Part shown: positions 43,634 through 51,560 of the stretch, piece by piece
Layout of the letters: every line of letters starts with the position of its first letter
Position numbering within the stretch: position 1 is the stretch's first letter
NCBI GenBank assembly: GCA_035566895.1
Contig: DATMQA010000120.1
Location: 15,436-79,435, forward strand
Source of the DNA: Candidatus Binatia bacterium
Lineage (GTDB): Bacteria > Verrucomicrobiota > Verrucomicrobiia > Limisphaerales > UBA8199
Length of the DNA: 64,000 nt
Reading direction: 5' to 3'
Notes under the pieces: generated by a model
What the model was told of the DNA's origin: nothing
What the model saw: only the letters and a program-made list of their open reading frames with translations
Databases searched by the model: none
Translations under genes and position numbers: made by a program

Positions 43634-43815
43634 AATCACAAGCACAGGCTATCAAAACCCGGCGGGAGGTCAAGCCCTGGTTTGCGGGTGCTTAACGCAG
43701 CAGGATCCCAAACTCGCAATCGAAACGGCTGCGCGGAGCCGGTTACTCGATTAGAATGTCAAGCAACAGAGCCCGCGGGGGCGAAAGTTTGCGGCGGCTG
43801 GGCGGGGTCTTGACG

Positions 43816-44580
43816 TTAGTCGGGTTTGGGCAGGTAATTGCGATAAGGGATATTGGGGTCGCGGGGACTTTCTCCAATGGTGGAGCTATAAGTTTCCCTC
43901 ACAATTTCAATGTCCTTTTCTTCTTCACGCTTGACGCGTTCGGGATAATGGCTCTGGCCGAGTTCCTTGGCGGAATCGTCGCGGTATTTTTGGAGGGCCT
44001 GGATTTGGCCGGAGAGACGGCAAAGGGAAGCCAGCGTACGGCAATACTTTTCGGGCTGGGTGGTGAGCTGCTGGGCGGCTTCGGGCCGGAGAAGGAATTG
44101 GACGAGGTGGGTGGCGGCGAGCTGGAGGCCGACCTCCGGGACCTGGCTGGCGTCGTGCTGGCGAAGGTAATCGGTGAGGTTGTCCTGGAGCAAGCGGAAC
44201 TGGAGGGCGTGTTCCTGCTCGAGACACCATTCTTTGAAGCCACCGCGCGTTTTCCAGTTGGAGACGTTGCGCGGGGTGACAGTGAAACCGATGTCAGAGA
44301 GGGCCGAGGCGATTTGATTATCGGGGATGTGGTTGAAGAGCATGCGATTGACCATGTCACGCGCGGATTTGGGAAGGCGGGCGATTTTACCGTTGCGGGT
44401 GAGTTTCCTTAGTACCGGCGGGAGGCTCGGGGCTGGTTGCGCGACGGCGGAGCCGTTGGAGCCGGGCGGCGGGGCGACCGGGTGCGGGAGGATTTCAATC
44501 TGCGGATTGGAGGGTTGTTCAGGGTGCGGAGGTTCTGAGCGAGGAGAGCAGGAGGCGGATGCAGAGTTTGGAGTGTCCAT
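43816..44580 (-). CDS. Hypothetical protein: Pro-rich N-terminus, possible helix-turn-helix, helical C-terminal half
   Basis: ATG ORF of 254 aa. NGKIARLPKSARDMVNRMLFNHIPDNQIASALSDIGFTVTPRNVSNWKTRG has an HTH-like pattern. I recognise no family. Confidence 0.6.
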   Translation of the reverse strand: MDTPNSASASCSPRSEPPHPEQPSNPQIEILPHPVAPPPGSNGSAVAQPAPSLPPVLRKLTRNGKIARLPKSARDMVNRMLFNHIPDNQIASALSDIGFTVTPRNVSNWKTRGGFKEWCLEQEHALQFRLLQDNLTDYLRQHDASQVPEVGLQLAATHLVQFLLRPEAAQQLTTQPEKYCRTLASLCRLSGQIQALQKYRDDSAKELGQSHYPERVKREEEKDIEIVRETYSSTIGESPRDPNIPYRNYLPKPD

Positions 44581-44650
44581 ATGATTATCGAGTTTTCAGG
44601 TTATTCAGTTTTCAGTCTGGAAATGTCGGATGGGTGGCGAAAAAGTTTTT

Positions 44651-44708
44651 GGTTACCAGCGGTTACCAGGGGTTACCAGCGGTTACCAAAACGGGGGGTA
44701 TGGTTACC
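44651..44708. repeat. Helically phased GGTTACC array (4 copies at exact 10-bp spacing + 1 copy 21 bp further)
   Basis: GGTTACCAGC, GGTTACCAGG, GGTTACCAGC and GGTTACCAAA start at 44651, 44661, 44671 and 44681. A fifth GGTTACC is at 44702-44708. Confidence 0.9.
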
Positions 44709-45237
44709 GGAGGGATGGGTCCCGGGTGACGAAGAGAGTGATGGGAAGCGGGAGTTGGAACCCTTCGAGATTCTCGGCTTGGCATAAAACAACTTGCCTT
44801 ATTAGTCTTGAGCCGACGGGTTTTTGTGACGGGAAGGAGCAGCTGAATTCCTTCAGTCGCGTCCAGCCCCCGAGCCCGCCGGGACGGTTGAAGGATTGAA
44901 GCTTGGGCCGTGCCATGGTTTTCGAGGGCAAGGGAGCGCGGATAGAGGAAGCGTGATGCGTGGAGATGATGGGCGAAACAAGCAGTTTTGAGTGAATCCT
45001 GACAAGGGTGGGGCATGGGAACTGCTGGTTTGGGGGTTGGGGGAGTGTCCTCAAATTGGTGGAAGTGTAGGAGAAGTGGACACAAACAGACGCAAGGATG
45101 TCGTCTGCACTGGCAGGCTGGAAGCCCGCCTCTACGTCTCGATTTTGGTTTTTCAATTCCTGCAGCGCTCGGGTAAACTCCGGGCCGGTTGCGATGTCCG
45201 AGCCCGAAAGCCAGGCGTGCGCATACGCTGCCGAGCT

Positions 45238-46335
45238 ATGGATTTTATCGATCTAAAGGCCCAATACCGGCGGTATCAGAACGAGATTGACCAGCGGATG
45301 CGGCAAGTGCTGGAGCACGGGCATTTCATCATGGGGCCGGAGATCATTGAATTGGAGAAGACATTGGCGGCGTACGTTGGGATGGCGCACTGCATCACGG
45401 TGGCCAGCGGCACGGCGAGTCTCGAGATTGCGTTGCGGGCGCTGGGCGTCGGGCCCGGGGACGACGTGATTACCGTACCGTTCACGTGGATCAGCACGGC
45501 GGAAGTGATTTCTTTAGTGGGCGCCAAGCCGGTATTTGTTGATATCGAGCCGGCGACGTATAACCTGGATTTGGCCAAACTGGAGGCGGCGTTTTCAGCA
45601 CGGACCAAGGCCGTCATTCCGGTCAGTCTTTTTGGGCAAATGCCGGATTACGAGCAAATCAAGACGATGGCGGGGAGGCGCGGAGTTCCGGTGATCGAGG
45701 ATGGAGCGCAAAGCTTTGGAGCGCAGCAGAAGGGCAGACGAAGTTGCGGTGTGACGGCGGTGGCCAGCACGAGCTTTTTCCCGGCTAAGCCACTCGGGTG
45801 CTATGGGGATGGCGGGGCGCTGTTCACCAGCGATGACGCGCTGGCGGAACGGATGCGGGCGATTCGAACGCACGGCGGACTCAAGCGTCATCATCATCCG
45901 TGGGTAGGAACCAACGGGCGTTTTGACACGCTGCAGGCGGCGGTTCTGCTGGCGAAGTGGCCGCATTTCGATTGGGAAGTGAAGCAGCGCGGCAGGCTGG
46001 GGGCCCGCTACTCGGAAAAACTACAAGACCTGTGTGGAGTTCCCGAAGTCATGCCGGGGAATACACACGTTTATGCGCAGTACACCATTCGCGTGGGGCA
46101 ACGAGAACAAGTGGGCGAGAAGCTGAAGGCGAAGGGCATCCCCACAGCAGTTTATTATCCGAAGTGCCTCCACGAACAGCCGGTTTTCGCCGGGCTGGGT
46201 TATCGAGCGGGGGATTTTCCGGAGTCGGAGAAGGCCGCGCGCGAAGTGCTGAGCCTGCCGATGCACCCGTTTTTGAGCGAGGCGGAGCAGGACGGTGTAG
46301 TGGCAGCTTTGAAATCGGCCCTCGAGCAGAAGTGA
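45238..46335 (+). CDS. DegT/DnrJ/EryC1-family sugar aminotransferase (WbpE/WlbC-like)
   Basis: MDFIDLKAQYRRYQNEIDQRMRQVLEHGHFIMGPEI..., the PLP-Lys region SFFPAKPLGCYGDGGA, and LSLPMHPFL. ATG at 45238. Confidence 0.88.
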   Translation: MDFIDLKAQYRRYQNEIDQRMRQVLEHGHFIMGPEIIELEKTLAAYVGMAHCITVASGTASLEIALRALGVGPGDDVITVPFTWISTAEVISLVGAKPVFVDIEPATYNLDLAKLEAAFSARTKAVIPVSLFGQMPDYEQIKTMAGRRGVPVIEDGAQSFGAQQKGRRSCGVTAVASTSFFPAKPLGCYGDGGALFTSDDALAERMRAIRTHGGLKRHHHPWVGTNGRFDTLQAAVLLAKWPHFDWEVKQRGRLGARYSEKLQDLCGVPEVMPGNTHVYAQYTIRVGQREQVGEKLKAKGIPTAVYYPKCLHEQPVFAGLGYRAGDFPESEKAAREVLSLPMHPFLSEAEQDGVVAALKSALEQK

Positions 46336-46337
46336 CC

Positions 46338-48266
46338 ATGAAAACAACTGAGACACTTTCACAGCCGCGCGACCTGGCGCTGATCGGGGCAGGTTATTGG
46401 GGCAAGAACCTGGCTCGCAATTTCAACGCGCTGGGAGCGTTGCACACGATTTGTGATTCCAGCGCGGCTGCGCTGGCCAGCGGCGGCGCCGATTACGCGG
46501 CGGTGGCACGGGAACCGGATTTGGCGCGTGTGCTCGGGAACAAGATGATCCGGAAAGCAGTCGTTGCGACTCCGGCGGTGCTGCATTACCAGTTTGCGAA
46601 GGCATGCCTGGAGGCCGGAAAAGATGTCTATGTGGAAAAGCCTTTATGCGTTGATTTAGCCCAGGCCGAGGACCTGGTACGGCTGGCCGAAACCAAGGGA
46701 CACATCCTGATGGTGGGCCATTTGCTGCAATATCACCCATGCATCGAGCGGCTGCGTTCGCTGGTGAGCGCGGGAGAACTAGGCAAGCTCTGTTACATTG
46801 CTTCCAATCGGCTGAATCTGGGCAAAATCCGCCGCGAGGAGAACGCGCTGTGGAGTTTTGCCCCGCATGACATCTCGGTGATACTGGCGCTGGTGAACCA
46901 CCAGTTGCCGGAGCAGGTACGATGTTCCGGGGGCTCATTCCTGCACTCAGGAGTGGCCGATACGACGATGACGACGCTGCGGTTTGGCGGCGGGGTTCGC
47001 GGCCATATCTATGTTTCCTGGCTTAATCCGTTTAAGGAGCAAAAGCTGACGGTGGTCGGTTCGGCCGGGATGGCGGTATTTGACGACACCAAGCCCTGGG
47101 CGGAGAAGCTGGTGGTGTATCGGGATTTCCTGCGGTGGAAGGAGGGCCAGACACCGACGCCTACGAAGATTGCCGGCGAGTGGGTGGTGGTGCCAGAGAA
47201 CGAACCCTTGCGGGAGGAATGCCGGCATTTTCTGGAGCGTTGCCAGGACCGGCGCCCGCCGCGCACCGACGGGCGCGAAGGTCTGCGGGTGCTGCAGGTC
47301 TTGCAGGCAGCGCAGGACAGCCTGGAGAAGGACGGCGAGGCTGTCGCACCCGCGCCGCAATCCACCGACCACGGACATACGCCTCTGTCGGCTCCACTAC
47401 CCGCGGCAGCAGCACCCGATTATTTTGTCCATTCTACCGCTACAGTCGATGAGGGCGCCAGCATCGGGGCCGGGACAAAGATCTGGCACTTCAGCCATGT
47501 GCAGAAAGGTGCCCAGATTGGGGCACAGTGCAGTTTGGGACAAAACGTGAATGTGGACAGGGCCCAGATCGGCAACAATGTCAAAATCCAGAACAACGTC
47601 TCGCTCTACACCGGCGTGGTGATCGAGGATGACGTCTTTTTAGGACCATCCTGCGTGCTGACAAACGTGACCAATCCACGTTCGCAGGTAACGCGGCGCG
47701 GTCTTTACGAGCAAACGGTCATCCGGCGCGGCGCGACGATCGGAGCCAATGCCACCATCCTGTGCGGGGTCACCGTGGGACGCTACGCCTTCGTGGCCGC
47801 CGGGGCGGTGGTGACCAAGGACGTGCTGGATTATGCGCTGGTGCGAGGCAACCCGGCGCGGCAGGCCGGCTGGATGAGCCGGCACGGGCAGGTGCTCACA
47901 GCAGGCGCCGATGGTCGCTTCCGGTGCCCGGAATCAGGGCTGCGGTATGAACTCAACGGCGAGCAAGGGTTGCATTGCCTCGATTTACCCGAGGAATCGC
48001 CGTTGCCGGCGGAGCTGGCGCTCGGCAGGACAGCTTACGCGCGGTTCAAGAGCGGGCGCGCTCCAGCGGCCGAAAAAAGCGGCGGCGAAGGCCGCCTGCA
48101 GGGAACCACGGTGGCGAGCGCAAAGCGCTTGGAGACGGGCTCGGCGTCACCTGCGAGCAGAGGCAGTAATGGGCCGGCCTCGAGGCTGAAGAAAGAAAAG
48201 AGCGCGGCCCGGGCCGTACGCACCCCAAAGGTTTCGCGCGGTTCGAAGGCAGCCCCGGAAGCGTGA
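46338..48266 (+). CDS. Fusion: Gfo/Idh/MocA sugar 3-dehydrogenase (WbpB-like) + left-handed beta-helix N-acetyltransferase (WbpD/WlbB-like) + basic disordered tail
   Basis: N-terminus: LALIGAGYWGKNLARNF...VYVEKPL. Pro/Ala linker. Hexapeptide domain: HSTATVDEGASIGAGTKIWHFSHVQKGAQIGAQCSLGQNVNV...GNPARQAGWMSRHG. About 80 aa of Lys/Arg/Ser/Ala tail. The ATG at 46338 is 2 nt after the upstream stop. Confidence 0.85.
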   Translation: MKTTETLSQPRDLALIGAGYWGKNLARNFNALGALHTICDSSAAALASGGADYAAVAREPDLARVLGNKMIRKAVVATPAVLHYQFAKACLEAGKDVYVEKPLCVDLAQAEDLVRLAETKGHILMVGHLLQYHPCIERLRSLVSAGELGKLCYIASNRLNLGKIRREENALWSFAPHDISVILALVNHQLPEQVRCSGGSFLHSGVADTTMTTLRFGGGVRGHIYVSWLNPFKEQKLTVVGSAGMAVFDDTKPWAEKLVVYRDFLRWKEGQTPTPTKIAGEWVVVPENEPLREECRHFLERCQDRRPPRTDGREGLRVLQVLQAAQDSLEKDGEAVAPAPQSTDHGHTPLSAPLPAAAAPDYFVHSTATVDEGASIGAGTKIWHFSHVQKGAQIGAQCSLGQNVNVDRAQIGNNVKIQNNVSLYTGVVIEDDVFLGPSCVLTNVTNPRSQVTRRGLYEQTVIRRGATIGANATILCGVTVGRYAFVAAGAVVTKDVLDYALVRGNPARQAGWMSRHGQVLTAGADGRFRCPESGLRYELNGEQGLHCLDLPEESPLPAELALGRTAYARFKSGRAPAAEKSGGEGRLQGTTVASAKRLETGSASPASRGSNGPASRLKKEKSAARAVRTPKVSRGSKAAPEA

Positions 48267-48296
48267 AGGAGCGTTGGTTAACTTTTTGTTTTTAGG

Positions 48297-49229
48297 ATGA
48301 AACGACTGATCCGACTGGATTTTTGCGATTTCTGGCCATTTTTCGACAAGCACGACAATTTCTTTTTCAACCTGCTGAGCGAACGGTTTGACGTCCGAAT
48401 CTGCGATCAGCCGGATTTTATCATCTACTGCAACAACGGGCATGTGCACCGGCTGCACAATTGCGTGAAGATCTATTTCACGCACGAGCCGATCCGGGCG
48501 GATTTCAGGGAATGCGACTGGGCCTTCACCGCTTTCTACGAAGACAATCCCAGGCATATGCGGCTGCCCTATTACGTGGTACTGCACGAATCACCCGAAC
48601 CACTCATTCACCGGTCGGAGCGGTCCGACGCGCTGTTGAAGCAGCGGGCGAAATTCTGCTCGTTTGTGGTGAGCAACCAAAACCCGAAGCGAAACCGGAA
48701 CCGGCTGGAAATGTTCGAGAAGCTGTCAGCCTATAAGCGGGTGGATTCCGGGGGCCGGTTTATGAACAACATCGGCGGACCGCTGGTGGGGTATGACGGC
48801 AAGATCGAATGGATGCGCAATTACAAGTTCCACATCAGCTTTGAGAATTCCTGTCTCCCGGGATACACGACCGAGAAGCTTTGCCAGGCATTGATGGCCC
48901 GGACCCTGCCGCTTTACTGGGGCAACCCGCGGGTCGCAGCGGATTTCAACCCGCGGAGCTTTCTCAATGCGAGCGACTTTCCGGACCTGGATGCGCTGGT
49001 GGAAAAAGTCGTTGAGCTGGACCGCGACGAGGCGAAGTACCTGGAATATCTTTCTGAGCCCGCGTTTCCAAATAACCAACCTACCGAGTGGTACGACCGG
49101 CGGCGGCTACTGGAGCAATTCGAGCGCATTTTTGAAACGACAGGGCCTTCGGTCGCGGCCCAACGCCGCCGGAAGCGTTTCGTTTCATTGGGCCGCTGGA
49201 TTCTGGTCAAACGTCACCGGGTTCCCTAA
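48297..49229 (+). CDS. GT10-family alpha-1,3-fucosyltransferase-like glycosyltransferase
   Basis: FCSFVVSNQNPKRNR...LSAYKRVDSGGRFMNNIGGP...YKFHISFENSCLPGYTTEKLCQALMARTLPLYWG matches the GT10 FucT motifs (FENS..GYxTEK, IPxYWG). Confidence 0.85.
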   Translation: MKRLIRLDFCDFWPFFDKHDNFFFNLLSERFDVRICDQPDFIIYCNNGHVHRLHNCVKIYFTHEPIRADFRECDWAFTAFYEDNPRHMRLPYYVVLHESPEPLIHRSERSDALLKQRAKFCSFVVSNQNPKRNRNRLEMFEKLSAYKRVDSGGRFMNNIGGPLVGYDGKIEWMRNYKFHISFENSCLPGYTTEKLCQALMARTLPLYWGNPRVAADFNPRSFLNASDFPDLDALVEKVVELDRDEAKYLEYLSEPAFPNNQPTEWYDRRRLLEQFERIFETTGPSVAAQRRRKRFVSLGRWILVKRHRVP

Positions 49230-50461
49230 GGCAGGCGGCCGGCTGCCGGGTGGGCCACGACGTCGTCCAGGAGGGCGGCCAGATGTTTGGCCTGAGCGCG
49301 GCGGGAGTAACGGGCGATTTCATTCTCGTTGCGGCTGGTGATGGAGTCCTCACCTGCGTGCCAGGCGGCGAACCAACCGGTGAGTTGCCGGGCAATGGCC
49401 TCGGGCTGGGTGAGGGCGACCCCGGCGCCGGTGCGGCGCAACAACGCGGCAATCTCTCCCAGGTCATCCGGAATGGCCAGGATCGGCCGGCGGGCGGCCA
49501 GATAATCAAAAACCTTCCCGGTTAACACGCCTTTTTCTGTGGCGTGGGAAAGCAGGAGCAGAACGGAACTGGCCATTTGGGCGCGGAGAATGTCGCCATG
49601 GGGAACACGCGGGAGCACTTTGACAGGAAGCCGCCGGGTCGCACCGGGGAAGGCCTGTTCGAGCAGGTCTGGGTCCGACCCATAGAAGCAGACCTGGAGC
49701 TGGTCGCGCGGGATCAGCTTTCGTTCGAGGCACAATTCAATGGCTCGGAAAAGCGGCGCCGGATTGCGATGAGGCAAAACCAGGCAGCCGGCATAAAGGA
49801 TGGTGAAGCGCGGTTGGCGCGGCGGCAGCGTTTCGGGGAAGAGGGTTGGATCAAAGCCGTTGTGAATGACGGTGACCGATTTGCCGATTCGGCGGCCCAG
49901 CCCCTGGGCGAGCCCTTCGGAGACCGCCACGACGCGGCTGGCTCGCGCGCACAAACGCCGTTCGTGACGCGCATAGAGGGGGCGTTTATACCACGAGCCC
50001 AGGCGCTGCACATTGAAACAGTCGCGAATATCGGCAACCCAGGGAACGCCGCCAACATCAGCAGCCTCCGCCGCCAGCGCCAGGGGTACCATCGGATCGG
50101 AAGTGGCCCAGATGGCATCGAAATGTTTTTGTTGAAGGAGCGAGAGAATCCTGGAGCGGGCCTGTCTCCACCAGAGGATGGGCGCGCGATAGGGCCAGAA
50201 ATAAGGAGCAACTTTGCGCAAATAAAAGCGTTCGTACATACCGCGAGGCTCCGGGTTCAGCACCCGGTGGATTTCCACGGCCTCCGGAATGACACCGACA
50301 AAATTCGGGTCATAATTGGGCCGGCCGGCCGGCCAATCATCACAAACGACGGTGGGCAACCAGCCGTTCTCGGGGAGGAACTTGGCGAAACACCCGGAGC
50401 GGTAGCTCGCGATGTGATTGCGTGGAGGAAAATAAAAGGCCAGGAGTAGAACGGTTCTCAT
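49226..50461 (-). CDS. Glycosyltransferase (GT4-like, GT-B fold)
   Basis: MRTVLLLAFYFPPRNHIASYR... with an N-terminal acceptor domain and a C-terminal donor domain. It is the last gene of the coupled minus-strand operon and overlaps the convergent GT10 gene by 4 nt. Confidence 0.75.
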   Translation of the reverse strand: MRTVLLLAFYFPPRNHIASYRSGCFAKFLPENGWLPTVVCDDWPAGRPNYDPNFVGVIPEAVEIHRVLNPEPRGMYERFYLRKVAPYFWPYRAPILWWRQARSRILSLLQQKHFDAIWATSDPMVPLALAAEAADVGGVPWVADIRDCFNVQRLGSWYKRPLYARHERRLCARASRVVAVSEGLAQGLGRRIGKSVTVIHNGFDPTLFPETLPPRQPRFTILYAGCLVLPHRNPAPLFRAIELCLERKLIPRDQLQVCFYGSDPDLLEQAFPGATRRLPVKVLPRVPHGDILRAQMASSVLLLLSHATEKGVLTGKVFDYLAARRPILAIPDDLGEIAALLRRTGAGVALTQPEAIARQLTGWFAAWHAGEDSITSRNENEIARYSRRAQAKHLAALLDDVVAHPAAGRLP

Positions 50462-51558
50462 TTAGCATCGCCGGAGCGGGGCTCGCTGGAGGCGCGAAGA
50501 AGAGCAGCAATCTGCTTCGCCGCTGTGCCATTGCCATATAGGGGGGCCGACTGGACCTGCCGTTGGGAGGCTTCCAAGAGGTGGGCACAAATCCTGCGAG
50601 GATCCGCAGGCGGGCAGAGCTGGTTGGCGCCTGCTTCCACCAATTCAACCCACTCGGTTTCGTCCCGCAAAGTTACGCAAGGAACGCGATGCCAGAAGGC
50701 CTCCTTTTGCACGCCGCCGGAATCCGTCGCGATCATTCGCGCCTCCATTTCGAGCCGCTGCATGTCGAGAAAACCCAGTGGCTCGATTACCCGCAGGTTG
50801 GGCGAGAACGCCAGGCCGAGTTTTTGCACTGCGCGGCGGGTTCGCGGGTGGAGCGGAAGCACACCCGGCAGGGTTTGGGCCACCAGGTTGAGCCCGTCAA
50901 CAATCGCGCGGAGCCGTGCCGGACGGTCGGTGTTCTCGGCCCGATGAATCGTCGCCAGAAAATAGCTCTTGGGGGCCAACTGCAAATCCGTCAGCGCCTT
51001 TGAAGACCGCAGGACGGTTTCCCGGAACGCCAGAATGGCATCGAACATCACGTCGCCGACGCAGTGAACCCGGTTTTCAGGATGGCCCTCGCGGCACAGG
51101 TTTTCACAAGCGGCAGGGGTGGGAGCAAACAGCAGCAGGGACAGGCGGTCGGCGACGATGCGATTGATTTCTTCGGGCATACCGAGGTTAAACGAACGCA
51201 AGCCCGCCTCGACATGGGCAACCGGCACGTTGAGTTTGCTGGCAGCCAAGGCCCCGGCCAAAGTTGAATTCGTATCGCCATAAATCAGGGTCCAATCAGG
51301 TTTGTGCTGGAGGATGGCCTTTTCGACGCCGATCAGCATGGCGCCGGTCTGCTCGCCATGGGAGCCGGAGCCAACTCCCAGATGAATATCCGGAGTTCGC
51401 AAGCCAAGCTCGCGAAAAAATACGCCCGACATATTGTCGTCGTAGTGCTGGTCCGTGTGGAGCAGGATTTCCCGCAGGCCGGCGTCAGCCAGGGCGGCGC
51501 TGACGGGTTTGGCTTTGATGAATTGGGGTCTTGCCCCAAGCACAGTAAGAATGACCAT
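50458..51558 (-). CDS. wecB: UDP-N-acetylglucosamine 2-epimerase (non-hydrolysing family; WecB/WbpI-like)
   Basis: MVILTVLGARPQFIKAKPV...HTDQHYDDNMS...IYGDTNSTLAGALAASKLNVPVAHVEAGLRSF...EEINR. The ATG at 51558 is 2 nt after the asnB-like stop. The listed longer ORF start is rejected. Confidence 0.9.
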   Translation of the reverse strand: MVILTVLGARPQFIKAKPVSAALADAGLREILLHTDQHYDDNMSGVFFRELGLRTPDIHLGVGSGSHGEQTGAMLIGVEKAILQHKPDWTLIYGDTNSTLAGALAASKLNVPVAHVEAGLRSFNLGMPEEINRIVADRLSLLLFAPTPAACENLCREGHPENRVHCVGDVMFDAILAFRETVLRSSKALTDLQLAPKSYFLATIHRAENTDRPARLRAIVDGLNLVAQTLPGVLPLHPRTRRAVQKLGLAFSPNLRVIEPLGFLDMQRLEMEARMIATDSGGVQKEAFWHRVPCVTLRDETEWVELVEAGANQLCPPADPRRICAHLLEASQRQVQSAPLYGNGTAAKQIAALLRASSEPRSGDAK

Positions 51559-51560
51559 GA

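Noticed and set aside
43470-43673. 67-aa minus-strand ORF spanning the DAHP synthase leader
   Set aside because: It has no motif, reads straight through the terminator hairpin, and overlaps the synthase start. The 16-codon aromatic ORF in another frame, with its matching RNA alternatives, is a better explanation of this region.
45957-46337. Upstream extensions of listed ORFs (45957 for the WbpB::WbpD fusion; 44992 for the WbpE-like gene; 51753 for wecB; 43617 for DAHP synthase; 41462 and 41469 for the prepilin genes; 30595 for the rhodanese fusion; 19571 for the response regulator)
   Set aside because: In each case the extension overlaps the preceding gene or is low-complexity. An internal ATG gives the canonical family N-terminus and a tight junction with the upstream gene.
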